The notes below the pieces were generated by a model, which did not search any database, was not told where the DNA came from, and saw only the letters and a list, made by a program, of their open reading frames with translations. A DNA stretch of 64,000 nt from Candidatus Pelagibacterales bacterium (lineage in GTDB: Bacteria > Pseudomonadota > Alphaproteobacteria > Pelagibacterales > AG-422-B15). Positions 11,236 through 19,778 of the stretch are shown here, one piece after another. Both the position numbers and the translations under genes were made by a program. Location: contig JBJLDC010000015.1 in assembly GCA_045567365.1 (NCBI GenBank), positions 20,559-84,558 on the forward strand, given 5' to 3'. Every line of letters starts with the position of its first letter. Position 1 is the stretch's first letter.

Positions 11236-12549
11236 TTATCTCTTTTTCATCTTTCGATGCCAATTCTTAATTTCAATCTGACTAGTTCTTTCTATCCCTA
11301 AAGCATTTTCTCTAATATTTTTGGAAATTGCAGACCCAGATCCAACATATGCATTTTTTCCAATTTTTACTGGAGCTATAAGTGATGAGTTGGAACCAAT
11401 AAAAGCTCCATCTGCAATAATTGTTTTGAATTTGTTTTTTCCATCATAATTACATGTGATTGTCCCTGCTCCAATATTAACATCTTTACCAATTTCTGTA
11501 TCGCCAATGTAAGTAAGGTGGTTTACTTTCGAGTTCTTATCTATTTTAGATTTTTTGATCTCAACAAAGTTTCCAACTTTTGCTTTATCTTTTATATCAG
11601 CACCAGGTCTTAACCTTGCAAAAGGTCCAATTGTGACATCTTTACCTAAAAGACAATCCTCTAAATGAGAAAACGGCAAGATTTTAGATCCTTTCCCTAT
11701 CTTTACATTTTTTCCAATAAATACATTTGGATATATCACAACATCTTTATCTATTTTTGTATCTTCAGAAAAATATACTGTTTCAGGGTCAATTAAAGTG
11801 ACACCCTTAAGTAAGAATTTTTCTCTTAATTTTGATTGAGCTAAATATTCAGCTTCTGCTAATTCTTTTTTATTATTCACGCCCATAAATTCATCTTCGT
11901 TTACCAATATACTCTTTGTAATAACATTGTTCTGGCAAGCTAACTTAAAAATATCTGTCAGATAATATTCTTTTTTCTTATTGGTTTTATTATTAATTTT
12001 TGGTATTAATTTTTTAAGAATATCAATATCACAACAAAAAATACCAGAGTTGCAAACTTGATGATGCTCTCCTTTTCTTAGTTCGCTCTGCTCTATAATC
12101 TCTGAAACATTACCTTTGTTGTCAAAGATAACTTTGCCATATGAATTCTTTTCATCACTAATAAAAGTCAATAAGTTCATATTTTTTTTACCTATATCCT
12201 TAATTGCTTTTCTCATCGAATTGAGTTCTATAAGTGGAAGATCAGCATACAAAATTAATGCTTGTCCTGATAACTTCTTTATATGGGACATACAACTTTT
12301 AATTGCATCAGCAGTTCCATTTTGATTTTTCTGAATAACAATTTCAACATTGGGCAATAAAAAATCATTTCTTCTGCTTAATTCTTGGTTAGCAATTAAG
12401 TATATTTTCTTTGGGTTTAACTTTTTTGCTTGATCAATTACATGATTAACCATTGGCTTACCAGCAATGGGGTGTAAAATTTTTGGAAGAGTTGAATTCA
12501 TTCGCGTACCCTTACCTGCAGCTAATATAAATATATTTAAATTTTTCAT
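11236..12549 (-). CDS. glmU: Bifunctional UDP-N-acetylglucosamine pyrophosphorylase / GlcN-1-P acetyltransferase
   Basis: LAAGKGTRM motif and C-terminal hexapeptide-repeat beta-helix. The ATG at 12549 (MKNLNIFILAAGKGTRM) is preferred over the upstream TTG at 12573. The stop lies 2 nt before the glmS ATG. Confidence 0.93.
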   Translation of the reverse strand: MKNLNIFILAAGKGTRMNSTLPKILHPIAGKPMVNHVIDQAKKLNPKKIYLIANQELSRRNDFLLPNVEIVIQKNQNGTADAIKSCMSHIKKLSGQALILYADLPLIELNSMRKAIKDIGKKNMNLLTFISDEKNSYGKVIFDNKGNVSEIIEQSELRKGEHHQVCNSGIFCCDIDILKKLIPKINNKTNKKKEYYLTDIFKLACQNNVITKSILVNEDEFMGVNNKKELAEAEYLAQSKLREKFLLKGVTLIDPETVYFSEDTKIDKDVVIYPNVFIGKNVKIGKGSKILPFSHLEDCLLGKDVTIGPFARLRPGADIKDKAKVGNFVEIKKSKIDKNSKVNHLTYIGDTEIGKDVNIGAGTITCNYDGKNKFKTIIADGAFIGSNSSLIAPVKIGKNAYVGSGSAISKNIRENALGIERTSQIEIKNWHRKMKKR

Positions 12550-12621
12550 TGGAATTTTCACAAAAATAATCAATATGTATCAAAAGTATCTTAAAAAATT
12601 ATTTCAAAGATTTACTCAAAT

Positions 12622-13290
12622 ATGGAATTAGATAACAAAAAATTATTTATTTTTGATTTAGACGGAACTTTGGTAGATACAGCGCCAGATTTCAAGAATT
12701 CTCTAAATTATATGCTTTCCGAAATGGGAGAAGATACTGTTGAATTAAGTGATATAAGAAATTGGGTTGGGTATGGAGCGCGAGAATTAATTCGCCGAAC
12801 AGTTGAAGCAAAGAATATCAAGCATAATGATAAGAAGATTAATGAAATGTTAAGAATTTTTTTACTCCATTATACACATAATATTGACGACGATAGCGTC
12901 CTTTACAATAATGTTGAAAATTTTCTGAGATATTTAAAAAAGAACAATATCAAAACAAGTGTTTGCACAAATAAGATGGAGTCTTTGAGTATTATGCTTT
13001 TAGAAAAACTTGGTGTTCTTAATCTTTTTGATTATTTAGTAGGAGGAGATACTTTTAGAAAAAGTAAACCTGATCCTTATCCACTTATTCAAATTTGTGA
13101 AAAATTAAACGTAGATACAAATGACTCAATAATGGTTGGCGATAGTATCACTGATCTTAAAGCGGGGCACGCAGCTGATATGCCTGTTGTTCTTGTTGAT
13201 TATGGGTATACAGATGACACTAGTATCTATGACCATGCAGACATGGTCATCAATGATTTTGAACAAATGAAAACTTTATTAAATAGCTAG
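12622..13290 (+). CDS. gph: HAD-superfamily phosphatase, phosphoglycolate phosphatase-like
   Basis: 222 aa. FIFDLDGTLVDT (motif I), TNK, and GDSITDLKAG (motif IV). Confidence 0.65.
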   Translation: MELDNKKLFIFDLDGTLVDTAPDFKNSLNYMLSEMGEDTVELSDIRNWVGYGARELIRRTVEAKNIKHNDKKINEMLRIFLLHYTHNIDDDSVLYNNVENFLRYLKKNNIKTSVCTNKMESLSIMLLEKLGVLNLFDYLVGGDTFRKSKPDPYPLIQICEKLNVDTNDSIMVGDSITDLKAGHAADMPVVLVDYGYTDDTSIYDHADMVINDFEQMKTLLNS

Positions 13291-13295
13291 AGTTA

Positions 13296-14198
13296 TTAAC
13301 TTTTAACCTTTGCAAACATATGTGCTGTGTGTTCGCCGCCATTAAATAGAGCTTTTGCATCAGACATATCCGATATTTCAGACCAATTCTCGGCAATACT
13401 ATCAGGATTAATATCATCTCCAGCAAAACCTACACCAGCAGCTTGAGAGATTTCAACTTTTGCAAATACTCCTGCACCAGCTGAAAGCATGACACCAGTA
13501 GGCGCATCTTCAGAAGCCATAAATAAAACTGCAGGCGAAACACTCTCAGGTTTTAATTTTTGAAATACATCTTCAGGCATCCCTAAATTTTCTGTCATTC
13601 TCGTTGCAGCTACAGGGATAAGTGAATTTACTTTTATATTATTTTTTTGCCCCTCAATTCGAAGAGTATTCATAAAACCAACAACACCCATTTTTGCAGC
13701 ACCATAATTTGATTGACCAAAATTACCAAATACTCCAGATGAAGATGAAGTCATAATAATTCTACCATACTGCTGTTCAACCATGATTGGCCATACAGCT
13801 TTCGTACAATAAACTGATCCCATTAAATGCACATCAACAACAAATTCAAAATCATCGAGAGTTACTTTTGCAAATGATTTATCTCTTAATACTCCAGCAT
13901 TGTTTACAAGGATATCAATTCTACCAAATGCAGCCATAGAGTCTTCAACCAGCTTAGCAACACCAGCCTTGTCAGTAACGCTTGATCCATTTGCAATGGC
14001 TTCTCCACCCATATCTTTTATTTCTTGAACTACTTTTTCAGCAGCTTCACTAGATCCACCAGAACCATCAACGGCGCCACCTAAATCATTAACAACTACT
14101 TTTGCACCTCTTTCAGCAAATTGAAGCGCATGGCAACGTCCTAAGCCTCCGCCTGAACCAGTAACAATTACAACTTTATCTTTGAAACTTATTGTCAT
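13296..14198 (-). CDS. Short-chain dehydrogenase/reductase, MFE-2-type 3-hydroxyacyl-CoA dehydrogenase-like
   Basis: 300 aa. VTGSGGGLGR Rossmann motif, NYGAAKMG catalytic Tyr-x3-Lys, and NDLGG..DGSG insert typical of the multifunctional-enzyme-2 dehydrogenase domain. Confidence 0.75.
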   Translation of the reverse strand: MTISFKDKVVIVTGSGGGLGRCHALQFAERGAKVVVNDLGGAVDGSGGSSEAAEKVVQEIKDMGGEAIANGSSVTDKAGVAKLVEDSMAAFGRIDILVNNAGVLRDKSFAKVTLDDFEFVVDVHLMGSVYCTKAVWPIMVEQQYGRIIMTSSSSGVFGNFGQSNYGAAKMGVVGFMNTLRIEGQKNNIKVNSLIPVAATRMTENLGMPEDVFQKLKPESVSPAVLFMASEDAPTGVMLSAGAGVFAKVEISQAAGVGFAGDDINPDSIAENWSEISDMSDAKALFNGGEHTAHMFAKVKS

Positions 14199-14233
14199 TT
14201 TATACTCCCTAGAAAATAGTAATTTTTAGAATT

Positions 14234-15415
14234 TTAATATCCACCTCTTATAGATGTTGATCCATCTATTGGGTCAATATTACTTTGAGTAATACTAACA
14301 AATCTTTTCATATGAAAATCAACATTACCAAATAAAACACCAAGCATGGTAGCACGCTTGAAATAATGACTGATCATATATTCATCAACCATTCCCATCC
14401 CACCGTGTAACTGAATTGCAGTCTCTCCAATAAACTTGATTGATTGACCAACTCTTGCTTTTGCCGCTGAGACAACTTTTCTTCTATCGTCAGGATTAGC
14501 TAAATTCCCAGTAACTGCAGCATACAAAATTGATTTAGCTTGCTCGTATTCTATCATCATATCAACTAACTTATGCTGAATGGCCTGATTTTTACTTATT
14601 GACTGGCCAAACTGCTTTCTTTGCTTACAGTAATCAACAGTTGAGTCTTTCAAAATTTGTAAAACACCAACAGCCTCAGAACAGGCAGCAATTGTAGCAA
14701 GGTCAATTACTTCTTCTATTACATCATAAGCCTTATCAACTTCGCCTAATATTGTATCCTTAGAAACTTTTAAATTTTCAATGACAACCTCTGAGGCTCT
14801 GTATTCATCAATTGTTGGGTACGTTTGAAGATTAATGCCATCATTTTTAATATCTACCATGAATAAAGTAATTCCATCTTTTGATCTTTGATCACCAGAT
14901 GTACGCGCTGCAATAATTACATGAGTTGCCATTGACGCTCCAAAGACAACTGACTTAAAACCGTTTAATGTGTAATCGTTTCCGTCCTTCACAGCTGAAG
15001 TCTTAACATCAGACAAATCAAATCGACTTTGAGGTTCAGCATAAGCAAAAACGTATCTTGATTCACCCTCAATAATTTTAGGAATAATTTCATTGGCCTG
15101 ATCTTCACTTGCTAGTTTTGATATAAGATTTCCAGAAAGAAGAATTGATGGCATGAAGGGCTCTACTACTAGGCCTTTACCAAATTGCTCCATAACAACC
15201 ATTGAGTCAACTGCAGAGCCGCCAAGGCCGCCATGATCTTCAGAGAATGGCACTGACAATAATCCAAGCTCGGCAAACTTCGCCCAGTTCTCAGGTTTCC
15301 AACCTTCCTCTGTCTTAACAATAGATTCTCTTGTCTCCCAGTTGTAGTCATCACGAACGAATGACGTAACCATATTTTCTAAGAGTGTTTGCTCTTCAGT
15401 AAGCTCAAAATTCAT
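14234..15415 (-). CDS. Acyl-CoA dehydrogenase family protein (apparently base-less partner subunit)
   Basis: 393 aa. ACAD fold blocks (AYAEPQSRFDL, QLHGGMGMVDEY), but a degenerate C-terminal motif (VLFGNVDFHMKRF) and Ala at the IVD-type base position (IDLATIAAC) by eye. Confidence 0.8.
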   Translation of the reverse strand: MNFELTEEQTLLENMVTSFVRDDYNWETRESIVKTEEGWKPENWAKFAELGLLSVPFSEDHGGLGGSAVDSMVVMEQFGKGLVVEPFMPSILLSGNLISKLASEDQANEIIPKIIEGESRYVFAYAEPQSRFDLSDVKTSAVKDGNDYTLNGFKSVVFGASMATHVIIAARTSGDQRSKDGITLFMVDIKNDGINLQTYPTIDEYRASEVVIENLKVSKDTILGEVDKAYDVIEEVIDLATIAACSEAVGVLQILKDSTVDYCKQRKQFGQSISKNQAIQHKLVDMMIEYEQAKSILYAAVTGNLANPDDRRKVVSAAKARVGQSIKFIGETAIQLHGGMGMVDEYMISHYFKRATMLGVLFGNVDFHMKRFVSITQSNIDPIDGSTSIRGGY

Positions 15416-15427
15416 ATGCGAGTCTTT

Positions 15428-16630
15428 TTATAGACCGAGAACCATTTTAGCAATGATATTTCTTTGAATTTCATTAGAGCCGCCATAAATAGATGCTTTT
15501 CTGAAATTAAAATAAGAACCAGATAGATTTGTCGAATAATCAGGGCCTACATACTCATTACTTAACTTTGTACCCATATGTGGATTTGCGTAATATCCAA
15601 CTGCTTCCATACCTAACTCGGTAAGCTTTTGTTGCATATCAGTACCTTTAATCTTCAATAATGAAGATTCAGGGCCTGGTCCTTTACCTGCAGAGTCTTT
15701 CGCCAGAGTTCTAAGTTCTGTGTATTCTAGAGAAGTTAATTCCAACTCAGCTTCAGCAATCTTTCTTTGAAATGCTGGGTCTTGAATTAATGGTTCACCA
15801 TAAGACATCTCAGCAGCAGCAATCTGTTTAATTCTTTCTAAAGCTTTTTTTGAACGCGCTACTTGAGCGATCCCAGATCTCTCATGTGCTAATAAAAATT
15901 TAGCATAAGTCCAGCCCATATTTTCTTGTCCAATCAAGTTCTCAGCAGGAACTTTTACATTGTCAAACCAGACTTCATTAACTTCGTTAATTCCATCCAT
16001 TAAATAAATTGGCCTTACTTCAATTCCAGGTGTCTTCATATCAATAAGTAAAAAAGAAATACCTTCTTGAGGTTTAGCAGCGTCAGGATTTGTTCTTACC
16101 AAACAGAATATCCATTCAGCGTGTTGGGCAAGAGTAGTCCAAGTTTTTTGCCCATTAACAATATAATGGTCGCCTTCTTTAACTGCTGTCGTTTTGAGTG
16201 ATGCTAAATCTGAACCAGATCCGGGCTCTGAATAACCTTGGCACCAAAAAACATCTCCGCTTAGAATTCCAGGCAGGTGTTTTGCTTTTTGTTCTTCATT
16301 TCCAAATGTATAAATAACTGGAGCACACATTTGAGGACCAAATGGAGCAACAATTACGCACTCAGCACGTGCACACTCTTGTTCGAATATATATTTTTGT
16401 GTTGGAGTAAAACCAGGGCCACCATATTGCTCAGGCCACCCAGGAACAGACCATCCTTTATTTTTTCCAAGTATTCTATGCCAAGTTGTTAAATCTTCAC
16501 GGCTTAATTCTTCATTATTTCTTTTTTTCTCAGCGATTGAGTCTCTTAACGACTGAGGGTAATTGTTTGAAATAAAATCTCTAACCTCTTTTTGAAAGGC
16601 AAGATCTTCAGAAGAAAAAGTAGTATCCAT
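15428..16630 (-). CDS. Acyl-CoA dehydrogenase
   Basis: 400 aa. WCQGYSEPGSGSDLASL and C-terminal IYGGSNEIQRNIIAKMVLGL. Glu-Arg in LLAHERSG falls at the IVD/LCAD catalytic-base position by eye. Confidence 0.88.
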   Translation of the reverse strand: MDTTFSSEDLAFQKEVRDFISNNYPQSLRDSIAEKKRNNEELSREDLTTWHRILGKNKGWSVPGWPEQYGGPGFTPTQKYIFEQECARAECVIVAPFGPQMCAPVIYTFGNEEQKAKHLPGILSGDVFWCQGYSEPGSGSDLASLKTTAVKEGDHYIVNGQKTWTTLAQHAEWIFCLVRTNPDAAKPQEGISFLLIDMKTPGIEVRPIYLMDGINEVNEVWFDNVKVPAENLIGQENMGWTYAKFLLAHERSGIAQVARSKKALERIKQIAAAEMSYGEPLIQDPAFQRKIAEAELELTSLEYTELRTLAKDSAGKGPGPESSLLKIKGTDMQQKLTELGMEAVGYYANPHMGTKLSNEYVGPDYSTNLSGSYFNFRKASIYGGSNEIQRNIIAKMVLGL

Positions 16631-16699
16631 AGAATCTCCAGTATTAAATTAATTGTTGTTAATTAATGTCAAAGTTCAATAATTTCAACACTAAATGTT

Positions 16700-16728
16700 A
16701 TATATTGGCACTACATGTGTCAATATAT
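16700..16728. promoter_or_regulatory. 12-5-12 near-perfect palindrome overlapping a candidate promoter of the ACAD-ACAD-SDR operon
   Basis: ATATATTGGCAC-tacat-GTGTCAATATAT, with 11 of 12 arm positions complementary. On the minus strand it contains TTGACA (16723-16718), then 17 nt and TAACAT (16700-16695), about 65 nt upstream of the ACAD start at 16630. Confidence 0.4.
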
Positions 16729-16750
16729 GTTGATAATTTTAGTAAGATTT

Positions 16751-17263
16751 TTAAGTAGTTTTTAAAAATTTATTTTCAAATAAATCAAATAGATAGAATG
16801 CACCTAGCCCATAGATCAATGATGAAATTAAAGTATTTTGGAAAAAAGGGAGAGCCATTATGTAGCAACTTATAAGTCCATTTATATCTTGAGAATACAT
16901 TCCACTTCCAAGCCATACTGCAAAATTAGTAACGATAAAGAAAATAAAGGCTCCAGATATAAGGGCCAAAATACTCTTAAGATAGCTAAATTTAGAAACT
17001 AATAAATAACCAACACCTACATTAAGCATTATTGCAAAATAAATAATAGGCATACTAGAATGAAATCCAATAACCAAGTCACTAAAAAGCATGGCCACAA
17101 GTGGAACCACAAAAGCAAATATCTTTCGATCAAATATAACACCAGAAAATACAGCCATTCCTAATAAGGGTGTAAAGTTTGGTGGATGTGGAATTAGCCT
17201 ACTAAAAGCAAGAATTAAAACTAATACACAAAGTGATATAGTTTTATTATTAAGATTAGACAT
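16751..17263 (-). CDS. Small polytopic membrane protein, DUF6580-like putative transporter (ECF S-component-like size)
   Basis: 170 aa, about 6 hydrophobic segments. SRLIPHPPNFTPLLGMAVFSG, FSDLVIGFH, FFIVTNFAVWL and CYIMALPFFQNT resemble the DUF6580 family as I recall it. Confidence 0.55.
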   Translation of the reverse strand: MSNLNNKTISLCVLVLILAFSRLIPHPPNFTPLLGMAVFSGVIFDRKIFAFVVPLVAMLFSDLVIGFHSSMPIIYFAIMLNVGVGYLLVSKFSYLKSILALISGAFIFFIVTNFAVWLGSGMYSQDINGLISCYIMALPFFQNTLISSLIYGLGAFYLFDLFENKFLKTT

Positions 17264-17303
17264 AGCTCAAAGATACTGATCTCTTTTTAAATAGCAACTA
17301 TAA

Positions 17304-17336
17304 AAACACCTCTAAAAGGATAGCTTAGAGGTGTTT
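17304..17336 (-). terminator. Intercistronic hairpin / possible intrinsic terminator after the TonB-dependent receptor gene
   Basis: Perfect 12-bp stem AAACACCTCTAA / TTAGAGGTGTTT with a 9-nt loop. The minus-strand transcript ends ...GAGGUGUUUUUAU. Confidence 0.55.
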
Positions 17337-17360
17337 GATTAATGCTAATTAACAAATGCG

Positions 17361-19634
17361 CTAAAACTTATATGAATAATCCAAAGTAAGATTTCTTCTC
17401 TGTAATGGATAAACCGATTGACGGCCATAGGTGCAAGCTTCAGGTCCAGATGGCCATGGAGTTACAAAACACCCATGAGATGAACTAGAAATTGCAAAGT
17501 CATAATAACTTGTATTAAAAATGTTATTAACTCCAAGAGACCACTTGTGCTTCTTCATATTTGATGAAAACTTAATATCAAACAAATAATAACTTGGGAT
17601 CACTGGCTCAATATTTTCTTCATCTCCTGAAACAAATCTATCATCAACGAATGACATATCTATACTCATATCAATGTTCTGTTGTAATTTATAATCTAAT
17701 CCAATGTTATAATTATACTCTGCAATCAAAGGAACTTTAAGTCCTGCAATATTATATAATCCTTCTGAAGTAACACGAGCTGGATCTAGTTTTGACCCTC
17801 CACTTACTGAGTCAGCTGCGTATGTACCTTTAAATGATCCCATGGTAAGCAATCCACTTTTATATTTAGCATCAATGTATGAAAATGATCCTCGAACATC
17901 TAAATCATTATTAGCAATATAATTAAAATCTATATCGATACCCTCTCTTTTTATTGGATCAACATTGTGATTATTTTTAATAGGAGCTAAATATCGGATC
18001 TCATTTTCTGAATCCATTTCATAATAACTAGCATTAAGATTTAATTTTTGATTTTGATAATTAATTCCTATTTCATGCTCTTCAGATGTTTGATCATTCA
18101 AGATAAAATCACCATCTCCACCATTAGCAACAGTTCTGGTTAGATTTCTCGCGTCTAAATCAGGGGTTCTAAATGCTGTTGCATATTTATATGATAACGA
18201 GGTGTTCTTATTTAAAATATGCTCTATACCAATATTTCGAGCTTCATTTGACATTGATGTTTGATAGTAACTTCTAGCAGTTTTACTTGCAAATTTTGCT
18301 ACAGCGTTATCATAAGTTTCTGAAACTGAATAATCAGCTTTTTCAACTCTAAGTCCGAACGACAGTATGGATGAGGAGCCCATAATATTTATTGAGTTTT
18401 GTGTATATAAAGCTCTCATGTCTTGAGAAGCATTTATAAAATTTCCAAATGTAAACGTTTCCCCTTGGCTAATTGCATTTTTATAATCTGTTTCTTGAAT
18501 ATCAAAACCTAGAGTGAATCTTACCAAATTATCAGATACAAAACTGTCATTGACTATCCTTTGTGAAAAATAATCTGTATCAACATTAGTAACACTATAA
18601 GTGTCACCAGTACTGCCGGCTAATGTAGATGTAATAGCTACAAAGTAACCTATTTGTTCTTTATCCCTATTTGAAATACTTGATATAATTTTAGTATCAT
18701 CAGATAAATCATAGTCCACTCTCCCTGAAAAAGACCTTACATCTGAATTAGAATAATCATCTTTTTGATCCCAGCAATCGGGGCCAGAAAATCCACTTCC
18801 ACCACGAACAGCTGTTCTACTATCAGATAATAAATTACATGATACATCGAATGCTTTTTGTGCAGAATCTAAGTTTGCAATTGATCTTGCTCCAGGCAAA
18901 AGTTGGTTAGTTGATGAATCAATAATATCAAAATTGATTTTATAATTGTCATTCTTATGATTAAAACGAATTAATAAATTTTCATTATTGAAATCACCTC
19001 TAGCTCTATAAGTATCACTTTGCATAAGTGAACCTGATAAAACAACATCAGATCTTTGATTTATTTTAAGTGGGGTTATAAATGAAGTTTTGAATGTTTC
19101 ATGAGATGAGGAGCTAACTGACACATCGCTTTCAGTATCATTTGCATCTTTTGTGATTATATTTATAGCCCCTCCTACAGCTCCATCTCCATAAATAGTA
19201 GAAGCACCACCACCACGAATAATTTCTATTCTTTCAATTGTTTCATGAGGTATAGCAGAAAAGTTCACACCACCCATATCAATATCATTAAGACGACGTC
19301 CATTTAATAAAATCATTACATTATTCGTTGAGGATTCTCCAAAACCTCTCATATCCAGAGAAGTACTTACTGCTTCAACATTACTATAAGATTTTCTAAT
19401 TTGAATTCCTGAATAAGTAGATAATAGTTCTGGAATTGTTTTATGTTTAGACTTAATTATTTCTTCACTTGTAATTATCGAAATATTTGAACCAGCTAGA
19501 CCAGTGGCAAGCCTTGAATAGTCTGTGCTACTTGGAGTAATCCAAATAGAATCTTCATTATCTGCAGAAGCGGCAGATAAAAAGTTAATTAGTATTAATA
19601 AAATAATAGATTTCGTTGTTATTAGTTTTAGCAT
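17361..19634 (-). CDS. TonB-dependent outer-membrane receptor (corrinoid receptor candidate, BtuB-like role)
   Basis: 757 aa. Signal peptide ending SAASA, TonB-box-like DSIWITP, plug-domain block RIEIIRGGGASTIYGDGAVGGAINIITK, a long beta-barrel region, and C-terminal ...DYSYKF. It sits directly downstream of a cobalamin riboswitch. Confidence 0.88.
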   Translation of the reverse strand: MLKLITTKSIILLILINFLSAASADNEDSIWITPSSTDYSRLATGLAGSNISIITSEEIIKSKHKTIPELLSTYSGIQIRKSYSNVEAVSTSLDMRGFGESSTNNVMILLNGRRLNDIDMGGVNFSAIPHETIERIEIIRGGGASTIYGDGAVGGAINIITKDANDTESDVSVSSSSHETFKTSFITPLKINQRSDVVLSGSLMQSDTYRARGDFNNENLLIRFNHKNDNYKINFDIIDSSTNQLLPGARSIANLDSAQKAFDVSCNLLSDSRTAVRGGSGFSGPDCWDQKDDYSNSDVRSFSGRVDYDLSDDTKIISSISNRDKEQIGYFVAITSTLAGSTGDTYSVTNVDTDYFSQRIVNDSFVSDNLVRFTLGFDIQETDYKNAISQGETFTFGNFINASQDMRALYTQNSINIMGSSSILSFGLRVEKADYSVSETYDNAVAKFASKTARSYYQTSMSNEARNIGIEHILNKNTSLSYKYATAFRTPDLDARNLTRTVANGGDGDFILNDQTSEEHEIGINYQNQKLNLNASYYEMDSENEIRYLAPIKNNHNVDPIKREGIDIDFNYIANNDLDVRGSFSYIDAKYKSGLLTMGSFKGTYAADSVSGGSKLDPARVTSEGLYNIAGLKVPLIAEYNYNIGLDYKLQQNIDMSIDMSFVDDRFVSGDEENIEPVIPSYYLFDIKFSSNMKKHKWSLGVNNIFNTSYYDFAISSSSHGCFVTPWPSGPEACTYGRQSVYPLQRRNLTLDYSYKF

Positions 19635-19778
19635 TATTTCTCCAAGGATAAAAATCCAAAATGCCGAGACTATTATATGAAATAATTCTTATATATAGAT
19701 CGCAGCGGTTAACGTTTTAAGTCACCACTACTTTTATAAGTCCAAATGATTTTCCCGATCAATTGAGGATGACACTTC

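Noticed and set aside
11234-11263. A 10-codon N-terminal extension of glmS in the ORF track. glmU (12550-12573), rsmE (30124-30162), the HAD hydrolase (54719-54781), MscS (26925-26996) and the MFS transporter (61185-61220) have similar extensions.
   Set aside because: GlmS must begin Met-Cys. For the others, internal ATGs give N-termini matching family norms and remove implausible overlaps. The extensions arise from taking the longest ORF, including TTG/GTG starts.
15169-15354. Same-strand, out-of-frame ORFs inside coding genes (61 aa within the ACAD at 14234-15415, and 64 aa at 24911-25105 within rpoZ).
   Set aside because: They are short, embedded in well-supported genes, and have no start context or recognisable motifs.
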